IMG/VR virus record: IMGVR_UViG_3300042923_000619
Coordinates: 132,136 to 196,135 of that record
Source of the DNA: a virus
Length of the DNA stretch: 64,000 nucleotides
Reading direction: 5' to 3' (one strand)
The notes below the pieces were generated by a model. That model ran no database searches. It was given only the letters and a program-made list of their open reading frames with translations, and was not told the DNA's origin. The position numbers and the translations under genes were made by a program. This document shows positions 44,550-53,980 of the stretch, piece after piece; position 1 is the stretch's first letter, and each line of letters opens with the position of its first letter.

Positions 44550-45971
44550 ATGAAACCAATATTTGAAGAAGAAAAGAAATTTATAGAAGAAAGAATAGGA
44601 CTTAAATTGCCAAATAACTGCTGGAGAGATGGAAAAACAATATATCTCAATTGCGATAAAGATACAAGAATATTAACTTTTACGATAGAACATAAACAAA
44701 TTAAAATTAAAAAGAATTTTATAGATAAAGTATTAAATACATATGAAAATAAAACTCTAGAACAAGAAATAGAAGAAAATAAAGAAAGATTGGATCAATT
44801 AGAAAGTACAAGCATTAAAAATACTATAGAATGTATGGAAAAATATCCTAACCATAATTGGAGGATAAGCGATTCAAGTGGTAAGGATTCAGCTATTTGT
44901 ATGAAGATATGTCAGAAGGCTATGAAACAGATAGATAATTATGATTATGATATAGATTTTTTCAATACAACTAACGATACTGCTGATACATATAAAACAA
45001 TAAAACAAAATATAAAGAATACTATTATATTCCAATTAAATGGACAAGATATAACTAAAGAAGAAATGAATAAATTATATAATGAATCATACTCAAAATG
45101 GGTACATAATCCTGAAATGGGATGGTATCAATGGTTGAAAGAAGTTAAACATTATTATTTACCATCAATCATGGTTAGAAACTGTTGTTCTACCTATAAA
45201 GAAGGAAAACTAAAAGAAATATTGGACAAGAAAAAAGACTATGTATTATTTTTAGGTATGAGAAAATTTGAAAGTTCTAAAAGAAGTCATTATGATTGGT
45301 ATTTAAATGAGGCAATGGATGAAATGTATGAAGAAACAAAAAAGGACAAGTATAAAATTAATGTGCCTAGAAATTGGGTTAGGTTTTTGCCTATAGTGGA
45401 ATGGAAAGATGAGGATATATGGATGTATATGCTTAGAGAAGGGATAGAATTCAATCCAATGTACAAGAAAGGATTTGGTCGTGTAGGGTGTCTCTTATGT
45501 CCATTCAGTGGTGATTATAATGATTTACTAATAGAATATTATTATCCTTTACAATGGGATAGATGGAGTGGAATAGTTGAAAAGAATTATGATCTATATA
45601 ATGTTGAGACTAGATTAAAATGGACTAAAGAAGAATACATACAAGAAGGAAAATGGAAACAATCTACAAGTAAGATTCAAGAATACATAACTAAAAAAGC
45701 TACACCAGAAAGAATTAAAATAGTAGCAGAACTTTTAGGAGCATCTGAAGAAATTGCAGAAAAGTATTTTAAACAAAAATGTAAATGCGACAAGAAACTA
45801 AATCCAGACGAAGTGGCTATGTTTTTAAAATTATATGGAAGATATGAAGGGGAGGTAGATGAAAGAGTTTATTTATGTAAGGATTGTCTATATAAAGAAT
45901 TAGGATTAACTAAAGATGAATATTCTGAGAAAGTTAGAGAATTTCGTGAACAAGGTTGTAATCTATTTTAA
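44550..45971 (+). CDS. PAPS reductase/DndC-like PP-loop family protein with C-terminal Cys cluster
   Basis: SDSSGKDS, RNCCSTYKEG, FLGMRKFESSKR, PIVEW...DIW.Y, NPMY..GF.RVGCLLCP. Confidence 0.85.
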   Translation: MKPIFEEEKKFIEERIGLKLPNNCWRDGKTIYLNCDKDTRILTFTIEHKQIKIKKNFIDKVLNTYENKTLEQEIEENKERLDQLESTSIKNTIECMEKYPNHNWRISDSSGKDSAICMKICQKAMKQIDNYDYDIDFFNTTNDTADTYKTIKQNIKNTIIFQLNGQDITKEEMNKLYNESYSKWVHNPEMGWYQWLKEVKHYYLPSIMVRNCCSTYKEGKLKEILDKKKDYVLFLGMRKFESSKRSHYDWYLNEAMDEMYEETKKDKYKINVPRNWVRFLPIVEWKDEDIWMYMLREGIEFNPMYKKGFGRVGCLLCPFSGDYNDLLIEYYYPLQWDRWSGIVEKNYDLYNVETRLKWTKEEYIQEGKWKQSTSKIQEYITKKATPERIKIVAELLGASEEIAEKYFKQKCKCDKKLNPDEVAMFLKLYGRYEGEVDERVYLCKDCLYKELGLTKDEYSEKVREFREQGCNLF

Positions 45972-45980
45972 TATATAAAA

Positions 45981-46014
45981 TTCATGCTATAATCTTATTG
46001 GGTGATAGCATGAA
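45981..46014. other. Perfect 10-bp hairpin covering the RBS and ATG of a 50-aa ORF (46010-46162)
   Basis: TTCATGCTAT-N14-ATAGCATGAA. Confidence 0.5.
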
Positions 46015-46287
46015 AAAAGATTATATACATATAAAAGAAGAAAATAGGAAAAGAATTTTAGTAATAAAGTACCAAGATAAAGAAGACAACTATAGATTAG
46101 TCAATAATATTAAAGACTTAATAAAAATTAAAAATGAAGTTGAAAAATGGAAAAGAAAATAAGTTATATCGAAAAATCACTAAATTAAAAAATGAGGCTA
46201 TAGCTTGTCTGTAGCCTGTACATATTACAATAAAAAATGTATTTTATTGGGTGTTAAACAAATTAATAGATATAAAGTAGAAAGGAG

Positions 46288-47496
46288 GTGATTATTATTA
46301 AAATTTATAAATCATACATAATCCCAATCAGGAATATACCACAAAAAGATGTTGATTATTTATTTGAATGCAATAGGGAGTCGGCTAAAGTGTGGAATGA
46401 ATGTTTAAGGGTAAACAAAGAATACTGGACTAATGAACAAAAATATGTTGATACCAATTACTTACAAAGTAAATTAAAAGGGTTCTCCGAAGTACTACCT
46501 TCTAATTGTGTACAAGTAACTATAAAAAAGTTTATGGGTGCTATTACTGGGATTCAACGAGCAAGAAAAGCTGGAAGAAGTGACGTAAAATATCCTTGGA
46601 AACAAAAGAAATTTTATAATACTATATGGAAAGGTCAGTCTGTAAGGGTAAAAGGTAATTATATTCTATTAGGAAAACCTAAAGACCAAATTAATAAAAA
46701 ACTATTACCACCTTTAAAAATTTATTCAGCTTATATCCCTCCTAATATATGTTATGCTGAAATATTATATGATAATGGTTTAAAGTTGGCACTAAACTAT
46801 TGGATTGATTCTGAAGAATATGAACAAATAGAATCTAATAATATATCAGCTATTGATTTAGGAGAAATACATACAATGACTTCAGTTGACACATCAGGAA
46901 ATACTCAAATTATAACAGGTAGAAGGCTAAGAAGTTTTCAAAGGTTTAGAAATAAAGAATTAGGTAAAATACAACATAAGTTATCAAAATGTAAGAAAGG
47001 TAGTAGAAATTACAAGAAATATAGACAATCTATCAGAAAATTAACAAGTAAATCTAATTCTAAAATAACTAATGAATTACATAAGGCGAGTAAACTATAT
47101 ATTGACTATGCAGTGAAAAATAAAATAAAAACAGTCATAGTAGGAGAATTAACAAATTTCAATATGAATTTAAAAAATATAAAAGGAGGTGGAGGACGGC
47201 TTCAAAAATTAGTTCAATGGAATTACGGACAATTAATAAATATGCTTACTTATAAACTTGCTAGACATGGAGTTATAGTCAATCAAATAAGTGAAGCATA
47301 TACTAGTCAAACATGTCCTAATTGTGGTCACAAATATAAACCAACAGGTAGAAATTATATTTGTAGTGAGTGTGGATTCACATTACATAGAGATGTTGTC
47401 GGAGCTTATAATATTTTAAGCAAATACATAAATGATGGAGTAATTAAGAAAATGGATTTAGAATTAAAATCCTTAAAGTATCTACGTATAGGTTAA
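46288..47496 (+). CDS. tnpB: TnpB RNA-guided endonuclease (IS200/IS605, IS1341-like; no tnpA)
   Basis: RuvC-I AIDLGE, RuvC-II IVGEL, Zn finger CPNCG..CSECG, RuvC-III HRDVVGAYNI; all three acidic residues intact. Confidence 0.92.
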   Translation: MIIIKIYKSYIIPIRNIPQKDVDYLFECNRESAKVWNECLRVNKEYWTNEQKYVDTNYLQSKLKGFSEVLPSNCVQVTIKKFMGAITGIQRARKAGRSDVKYPWKQKKFYNTIWKGQSVRVKGNYILLGKPKDQINKKLLPPLKIYSAYIPPNICYAEILYDNGLKLALNYWIDSEEYEQIESNNISAIDLGEIHTMTSVDTSGNTQIITGRRLRSFQRFRNKELGKIQHKLSKCKKGSRNYKKYRQSIRKLTSKSNSKITNELHKASKLYIDYAVKNKIKTVIVGELTNFNMNLKNIKGGGGRLQKLVQWNYGQLINMLTYKLARHGVIVNQISEAYTSQTCPNCGHKYKPTGRNYICSECGFTLHRDVVGAYNILSKYINDGVIKKMDLELKSLKYLRIG

Positions 47497-47620
47497 ATTA
47501 TTAACTGTAAGTAGTAGAAGCGTACATTCAACGCCTAGTTTAAAGACTGGTTGCTTGTGTTGGTTATCAGCAAGAAAGTTTATGAGTTCGTAATGTAAGC
47601 ATGAATGGAAGATGTCTTTT
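47497..47620 (+). ncRNA. Putative TnpB omegaRNA / element right end
   Basis: GC-richer structured stretch directly 3' of tnpB ending in GGAAGATGTC; position as expected for omegaRNA, boundaries uncertain. Confidence 0.45.
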
Positions 47621-47662
47621 ATTTGTTTTAAACAAATTAAGAAAAATAAATTATAAAAAGTA

Positions 47663-47692
47663 TTGACAGATGGTAAATAAATGTAGTAAACT
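47663..47692 (+). promoter_or_regulatory. sigmaA promoter
   Basis: TTGACA-18bp-TAAACT; AACAAATTAAT at 47708-47718. Confidence 0.55.
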
Positions 47693-47925
47693 AAGAATGT
47701 ACCAAGAAACAAATTAATAAAAATACATAAAAGAGGTGAGGATATGAAATATAATGTATATGTATCAGTAGATTTATCTGGGGTAGTTGAGGTTGAAGCA
47801 GATTCGTTAGATGAAGCAGAAGAAAAAGCATTAGCTACATATGACATTGAGGAATTAGATATAGATAGCGTTCATGTTGAAGCTAAAGAGTAAAAAACAA
47901 ACTAAAACAAATTAACGAAAATATG

Positions 47926-47954
47926 TTGACAAAGTAAATTCAAAATGTTAAACT
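47926..47954 (+). promoter_or_regulatory. sigmaA promoter
   Basis: TTGACA-17bp-TAAACT with extended TG. Confidence 0.6.
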
Positions 47955-48099
47955 ATGTTTAGAGGTGGTAAGAAATGAAAAACTTGCCACCATACATAAA
48001 AATCAGATTTAAAGAATGGCTTAAACACTAGGGTGTAGAAGTTAGGAAACCTGTTAAAAAGTATGTTTTAATTAGAAATAAATTAATTTAAAATAAAGG

Positions 48100-48128
48100 T
48101 TGCATTTAAAAGAAGATTATGGTAAAGT
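48100..48128 (+). promoter_or_regulatory. sigmaA promoter upstream of structured RNA
   Basis: TTGCAT-17bp-TAAAGT. Confidence 0.5.
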
Positions 48129-48155
48129 TAAATAGTAGACAAAAACAAATTAATA

Positions 48156-48249
48156 CAGTATGCTTAAAATGGTAGTTCTCAACCCTGACTCCTTTCAAAA
48201 TAGATTGGAAAAGTAGATTAATTATCTGCCTATCCTTTTAAGCATATTG
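48156..48249 (+). ncRNA. Putative 94-nt structured RNA (long closing stem, CU-rich loop, two hairpins)
   Basis: CAGTATGCTTAAAA/TTTTAAGCATATTG closing stem; TTTCAA/TTGGAA and GTAGAT/ATCTGC internal hairpins. Confidence 0.5.
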
Positions 48250-48288
48250 AAGGCTTAAATAAATTAATAGAAGAAGGAGAAATGTAAA

Positions 48289-49675
48289 ATGAGAAATTAT
48301 AAAAATGAAAGACTTAACAAATTAGAATTGCAACCTTATAATATAGTAGTTGCTAAAACATCTGAACCAGATTATGAAATGAGCAGAAAGATATTACTAG
48401 AAAGACTAGAAGGTTTAGAGTATGGAGAATATGTTTTATTAGAAGGAGGACATTGTAGTTGTTATGACTTTGATGAAACAGAATGGGACGCAATAGTTTA
48501 TGAAAAAGAAGAATTAATTAAATTAGCTAATGCAGATTATAATCAAAATGATAAATTTTGGCAATTAGTTAAAGTAGCAATGGGATAAAATAAATTAATT
48601 AAAATAAAAAGGAGATGATATTGTGGAAATTAATCAATCATTAAAAATAGGAAATACATATTTTGATATTAACGATATTGTATTAGTTAAAACAGGAGAT
48701 AAATATTCAGCAGGATTAGGTGGTTCAGTAACAATAGATATGCCTAAATATAGTTACCAAGGTAGATTAAGTTCAATTAAAACTGGAATAATTGAAGTAG
48801 ATTCAAGCACCGAATTACATTCTAATGTACATAAAATACGAATTGGAGATATATTAGAAATGCAATTAATATCTAAATTTAATAAGGAGGAAATATAAAT
48901 AATGATTAAGTTTGATTATGTTATCACAAATGGGTATGTAGACATAGAGACAATTGAGAAAAGAACCGAAGATGGTTGGACTTTTGTTACAACACTACCA
49001 GCTAAAATTGTACATCCACATGCACTAGATACAGATAAGGTAACTATATTTTCAAAGTATTTAAAGTCTGAATAAATGAATAATTTTATTTAAACTCTAA
49101 CAAATTAATAGAACTAAAAAAGAAAGGATGATATGAAAATGGAAAAAGCAAATTTAGAAGAAGATTACTTATATCAAAAGTTTGGAATTAGAAATGATTA
49201 TATTTATGAAATAGTATTCTATCCAAAGTTAGATATAGAAGGCAAACCACGTTATGGAGAAACAAAAAAACGTATTATAGGAGAAATTCTTAATTTTAAT
49301 TGCAACCAGTTTTTTATTAAAAGTTATAATGAAGAAGAAGGAAATAATCATTACATATTAAAACTAGGAAATATAATAGAAATCCAACCTTGTATTTCTA
49401 TTGAAGAATATAATAAAGAAATTATAAGTCAACAATTTAAAAGACTTCAAGATTATGCTTCGTTATATATAAAGGATAATGTGGTTATAAAGTATAGAAG
49501 TGGAAATAAACAAACTATAAAATTGGGTGAAATATTCAATGAAGTAACTAATAAAAACAAAGTTATATTTGAAAATAATGGTATGATATCATGTTATTTT
49601 AAAGATGAGGATAAACATATTATAAAAGATTTATCAATTTATCCTAAGATTAAAGGTAAAGTTATTTTTAAGTAA
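48289..49675 (+). other. Hypothetical ORFs (48289-48588, 48623-48898, 49133-49675)
   Basis: ORF track with RBS. Confidence 0.65.
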
Positions 49676-49810
49676 AATACAGTATAAATTGCATTAATGA
49701 AGTCAGAGAACTTGAATGCGTATTATAAACAAATTAAAAGAAATAACAGAGAAAAATATAGTGAGTGAAATTAGCTAAAATATTTAAAATTAGAAGGAGA
49801 GAATTAAATT

Positions 49811-50743
49811 ATGGAAAAGAAACAAACTTTAAACGTGGTAAATGTAGCAGGGGTACTAGTTGATAAGAGTATCGAACTAAAGGAAATGACAGAAAAGAAA
49901 ACAGGAAATACATATAATGCAATTACTGGTGAAATGGTTGTTAGAACAAATGATGGGTCAGAGATTGAGGTTTCATTATTCTCAAAAGAATTAACAAAAG
50001 AAGGAAAACCAAGTTCAATTTATAAAGGATTAGTTACTGTTATGGATGAGTATAAGACATTAAAAACTTATCCAGAAGATGCTGATTATGTAAAAGTTGG
50101 AGGCTCTGATTTCTCAGTTAATGATTACAAATCAAAACAAGATGGAACAATTAAAACTTACAATAATGTACAAGCTAAATTCTTTAATAGATTATCTCAA
50201 AAAGATTTAGAAATTACTCCATTAGAAGCAAAATTTGAAGTTGAAGGTGTTATTGATACAATAAAAGATATAAACAAGAAAGATGGCACACCAACAGGAG
50301 ATAGGATGATTATATTAAACATATTAGGATATGAAGGAACAATTACACCAGTTTCATTAACTTTACCACAAGCATTAGTTGCTCCATTTGCTACTATGGG
50401 ATATTTTGAAGGTAGTGTAGCAACTTTATGGGGTAAGATTATAAATACCAAAGAAGAAAAGAAAATAGTAGAACAAGCTGGATTTGGTGTGGCAAATGAG
50501 AAAACAGTATCATCTACTGTTAAGAGATATGAAATTACAGGTGGAAAGCCTCCAGTATCATTAACTGAAATTGGATATACTCAAGAAGATTATGACCAAG
50601 CTAAAGCTAAAAGAAAAGTAAAATTAGATGGTTTATTAGCAAGTGATAATGGTGCAACACAACAAGCTACTACTCAAACACCAGCAAGTAATCCATTCGG
50701 ACAAGCTACAAACTCTGTACCTGCAACAAATCCTTTTGCCTAA
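49811..50743 (+). CDS. Putative ssDNA-binding protein (SPbeta YorF-like position)
   Basis: Two beta-rich OB-like halves, low-complexity Q/T/A tail ending in NPFA; first gene of the replication module. Confidence 0.5.
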   Translation: MEKKQTLNVVNVAGVLVDKSIELKEMTEKKTGNTYNAITGEMVVRTNDGSEIEVSLFSKELTKEGKPSSIYKGLVTVMDEYKTLKTYPEDADYVKVGGSDFSVNDYKSKQDGTIKTYNNVQAKFFNRLSQKDLEITPLEAKFEVEGVIDTIKDINKKDGTPTGDRMIILNILGYEGTITPVSLTLPQALVAPFATMGYFEGSVATLWGKIINTKEEKKIVEQAGFGVANEKTVSSTVKRYEITGGKPPVSLTEIGYTQEDYDQAKAKRKVKLDGLLASDNGATQQATTQTPASNPFGQATNSVPATNPFA

Positions 50744-50751
50744 AATGAAAA

Positions 50752-50775
50752 TAGGGATACTAAATAGTATCCCTA
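50752..50775. terminator. Perfect 10-bp hairpin between SSB-like and ATPase genes
   Basis: TAGGGATACT-AAAT-AGTATCCCTA; no + strand U-tract. Confidence 0.45.
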
Positions 50776-50824
50776 ACTAAACAATAAATTATAAAAATAA
50801 TAATGAAAATGGAGTGATATATTA

Positions 50825-51811
50825 ATGTTAAATATTTTTGAAATTCAAGAAAACAAGGTTACTACAAATTTAAATCAATACCCTATTATATTAACAAGTG
50901 AAAGTGGAGATGGTAAAACTACTACAATGAAAAATATTCTTACACAATTAGCACCAGAAGGTAAGAAACCATTATTCCTAATGTTTGAAAATAGATATCA
51001 ACATATCCCTGGAATTATGGCTTTAAGGATACATAACATGGGTGAATTAATGACAATAAAATCTCAGTTATTAACTCCACAAGCAAAGGAATTGTATAGT
51101 TGTATAGTTTTTGATACGGTTGATAGACTTGATAGTTTAATTGAGAAGTTTGTAGCAGATGGTAAAGGCGTTCAAATTACTGGTGATTTGGGCTTTGGTA
51201 AAGGTAATAAATATGTAAAAAGTTCAGCACAATTTATTTTAGAATTAAAGAATGCAGGATGGACAACACATTTTATTGCACAATCTCATAAGAATACTGA
51301 TATCACTACTGGAGCAGTAACTTATGAACCAAAAGTAAATAAAGAAATTTGGAATATAATTTTCCAAGATGCTTATTTAGCTGGTTTCCTAAAGGTTAAA
51401 CCAAATGGAGAAAGACTTCTTACATTCCAAAAGACATTAGAACAACCAAAACTTAAAGATTCTATTGGTATGCCAAAAGAAGTAAAGATAGATACATTTA
51501 AAGATACTTTAACTAAATCAATAGAAAAAATGGCTGGTGGAATGTTAACAGATGAAGATACTATTTGTCCAGTAGTTGTAGATAAAAGAGATTTTAATGC
51601 AATAAAAGCAAGAGGAGTTGAATTGGGAGGTATACTTGCTAATAATGGTTTCTTAGATGAGGCAATGTTTATTCTAGCACAAAATATTGGTACAGACGAA
51701 GCAGGAAAACCAAAGATGTTTGATACTTTAGTTCCAGCACAAGTAGATATAGCTGAAGTTGTAGTTCAAAAATTAGAACAATTATTAGTAGAAAAAGGTA
51801 TAACAGTATAA
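50825..51811 (+). CDS. AAA_24/Sak4-like ATPase (YorG-like)
   Basis: SESGDGKTT Walker A, IVFDTVD Walker B, FIAQ. Confidence 0.75.
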   Translation: MLNIFEIQENKVTTNLNQYPIILTSESGDGKTTTMKNILTQLAPEGKKPLFLMFENRYQHIPGIMALRIHNMGELMTIKSQLLTPQAKELYSCIVFDTVDRLDSLIEKFVADGKGVQITGDLGFGKGNKYVKSSAQFILELKNAGWTTHFIAQSHKNTDITTGAVTYEPKVNKEIWNIIFQDAYLAGFLKVKPNGERLLTFQKTLEQPKLKDSIGMPKEVKIDTFKDTLTKSIEKMAGGMLTDEDTICPVVVDKRDFNAIKARGVELGGILANNGFLDEAMFILAQNIGTDEAGKPKMFDTLVPAQVDIAEVVVQKLEQLLVEKGITV

Positions 51812-51821
51812 TAAATAACTG

Positions 51822-51852
51822 AATAAGGGGCGAATTTCGTCTCTTATTTTTT
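51822..51852 (+). terminator. Intrinsic terminator
   Basis: AATAAGGGGCGA-ATT-TCGTCTCTTATT then TTTT. Confidence 0.75.
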
Positions 51853-51870
51853 ATAAGTAGGTGATTTTTA

Positions 51871-52374
51871 TTGAGTAGAAAGTCAAAATGCAAAGGTTGT
51901 GAAACCTTATTAGAAAAAGAAGAAAAGTATATATATTCAGGAAAAACATATTGCAAAAATTGTTATGATAAATTGCAAAAAGAAAGAGAAAATTATAATC
52001 AATTATTAGAAACAATAATGAATTATTTTGAAATACAAGTAATAGATGGTTTAATGTATAAACAAATTAAAGAATACAAAGAACAATTCAATTATAACTA
52101 TACTGGTATGACATATACATTGTGGTATTGTAAGGAAATTTTAAACAAAAAATTTGATAGAAAATATGGAATTGCTCTTGTTAAATATGAATACAACAAT
52201 GCAAAAGATTATTTTATAAAACAACAACAAATTCAAAATAGTGTTATGAAAATAAAAGAACCTGTCACTAGAAAAGTAAAAATAAACTTAGAAAAAGTAT
52301 TCAAAAAAAATAGTCGCAATTATTTAATAGATTTAGAAAACCTAATAGGAGGTGCAGATAATAATGGAATTTAA
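51871..52374 (+). CDS. Zn-finger protein (YorH-like; possible helicase loader)
   Basis: CKGC...CKNC; directly upstream of the helicase. Confidence 0.5.
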   Translation: MSRKSKCKGCETLLEKEEKYIYSGKTYCKNCYDKLQKERENYNQLLETIMNYFEIQVIDGLMYKQIKEYKEQFNYNYTGMTYTLWYCKEILNKKFDRKYGIALVKYEYNNAKDYFIKQQQIQNSVMKIKEPVTRKVKINLEKVFKKNSRNYLIDLENLIGGADNNGI

Positions 52375-53971
52375 AGGACTGGTAGATAAACGAAATATAT
52401 TTCTTTTATTAGGTTGTTATTGTAACAATCCTAGATTAGCTTTAGATGAAAAATACGAAACTAACGCAAATGATTATAGTGAAATGTTTCATAAGATGGT
52501 ATGGGGTGCGATATATAATATTGCTAAAAAAGGAAATGTAGGAAAGATAACCTCAATAGAAATCGAAAATGAGATATCTCAATTTGAAAGTACAATTGCT
52601 TTATGGAATACGAATAGTGGAGCTAGTTATATTGAAAGGGCAATAGAAGAAACTGAAGATAAATTATTCAATATTGGAATGTATTATGACAATGTTAGAA
52701 AATTCTCTATAATTAGACAAGCTTCAGAAACAATGAAAATGGATATAAGTTTTCTATATGATGAAAATGATGAAAACAAAATAAAGATATTTAATGATAT
52801 GGATAGTAATAAGGTTTTAGGAATTATAATAGATAGATTTAATAATTTTAGAGATATGTGGAAAAGCAACTTTGGAGATAATTTTAAATTCCATGCTGGA
52901 GATGGAATTGATGAAACATTAGATAATTGCAAAAATAAAGACACTTCATTTGGATATCCTTTTCAAAGTCAATATATGACAACAATATTTAGAGGAATGA
53001 AGCCAAAAAAGTTCATTATTAGAAGTTCTAAATCTGGTGGTGGAAAAACAAGAAACTCTTTAGCAGAAGCTTGTAATATATCTTCAGATAAAATATATGA
53101 TTGGAGTAAGCATGAGTGGATTTCAACAGGAGATAAACAAGCAGTATTATTTATATCAACAGAGTTAATGCCAGATGAATTACAAACTTGTTTATTGGCA
53201 CATGTAAGTGGAGTTGAAGAAGATAGAATTGTAGAATGGAAAGAGATAACAGAAGAAGAAGAACAAGTAATTGAAACAGCCAAAGAGATTGTAAAGGCAA
53301 GTTTGTTATTTGGAGAATATTTACCTGATTTTACAATAGATTTGATTGAAGAAAAAGTGGAAGAATATGTAATAAATAAAAATATTACTCATTGCTTTTT
53401 TGACTACATAAATGATTCACCTAATATGTATTCATATTACATAGAAAAAACTGGAGTTAGACTAAGAACTGACCAAATACTATTTTTATTTAGTACATCT
53501 TTGAAAAGAGTATGTAATAAGTATGGTATATATTTAGGAAGTTCAACTCAATTGTCTGGAAATTGGAAAGAAGAAAAAGATGCTAATGCTATAAAAGGTT
53601 CTAAGGCGATAATCGAAAAAGCCGATGCAGGAATAATATCTTTACCAGTAACCAGTTCAGATTTAAAGAAACTTAAACCGATATTGGAGAATGGTTTTTT
53701 TGAAGAACCTAATATGGCTTATTACATATTTAAAAATAGAGGAAACAAATGGAACAATGTCATAGTATGGACAAAAATGAATATGGGAACTGTAAGAGAA
53801 AGAGATTGTTTTGTAACAAATAGTGATTATGAAATAATCAATGATATAGAAAAAACAGTTTTGGAATTCCAATTAGAAGATATTGGTACTGTATCAGGGT
53901 TATTAACAGAAGATACTGACAATGCTAATGAGTTTATTAGTGAGTTTAACAAAATAGATATAAGAGAGTAG
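52364..53971 (+). CDS. dnaB: Replicative DnaB-like helicase
   Basis: RSSKSGGGKTR Walker A, LFISTEL, FFDYI, SSTQL, IIEKADAG, KNRG; ATG at 52364 behind GGAGGTG (ORF opens 52352). Confidence 0.85.
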   Translation: MEFKGLVDKRNIFLLLGCYCNNPRLALDEKYETNANDYSEMFHKMVWGAIYNIAKKGNVGKITSIEIENEISQFESTIALWNTNSGASYIERAIEETEDKLFNIGMYYDNVRKFSIIRQASETMKMDISFLYDENDENKIKIFNDMDSNKVLGIIIDRFNNFRDMWKSNFGDNFKFHAGDGIDETLDNCKNKDTSFGYPFQSQYMTTIFRGMKPKKFIIRSSKSGGGKTRNSLAEACNISSDKIYDWSKHEWISTGDKQAVLFISTELMPDELQTCLLAHVSGVEEDRIVEWKEITEEEEQVIETAKEIVKASLLFGEYLPDFTIDLIEEKVEEYVINKNITHCFFDYINDSPNMYSYYIEKTGVRLRTDQILFLFSTSLKRVCNKYGIYLGSSTQLSGNWKEEKDANAIKGSKAIIEKADAGIISLPVTSSDLKKLKPILENGFFEEPNMAYYIFKNRGNKWNNVIVWTKMNMGTVRERDCFVTNSDYEIINDIEKTVLEFQLEDIGTVSGLLTEDTDNANEFISEFNKIDIRE

Positions 53972-53980
53972 GTGCGTATA

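Larger units (their letters stand above)
1376..46246. repeat. Dispersed TAAAA-N6-TTTTA palindromic core at gene junctions (17 exact copies found by eye)
   Basis: Starts at 1376, 1973, 10833, 13741, 17988, 19799, 21806, 26428, 31549, 32039, 34222, 34510, 37349, 40921, 41394, 42835, 46231; one-mismatch copies e.g. 12795, 23001, 28351, 29080, 31315, 49073, 63627. Confidence 0.8.

Noticed and set aside
44320-44550. SAM-I, TPP or c-di-GMP riboswitch
   Set aside because: Only scattered sub-motifs (GCAACC, TTATC/GATAA) that are not in the required order
44550-45971. Complete Dnd/Ssp phosphorothioation system
   Set aside because: Only a DndC/PAPS-reductase-like gene is present; no cysteine desulfurase or DndB/D/E partners in the window
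48156-48249. tRNA gene
   Set aside because: Multi-branch fold but no TTCRA loop, no 7-bp acceptor geometry and no CCA
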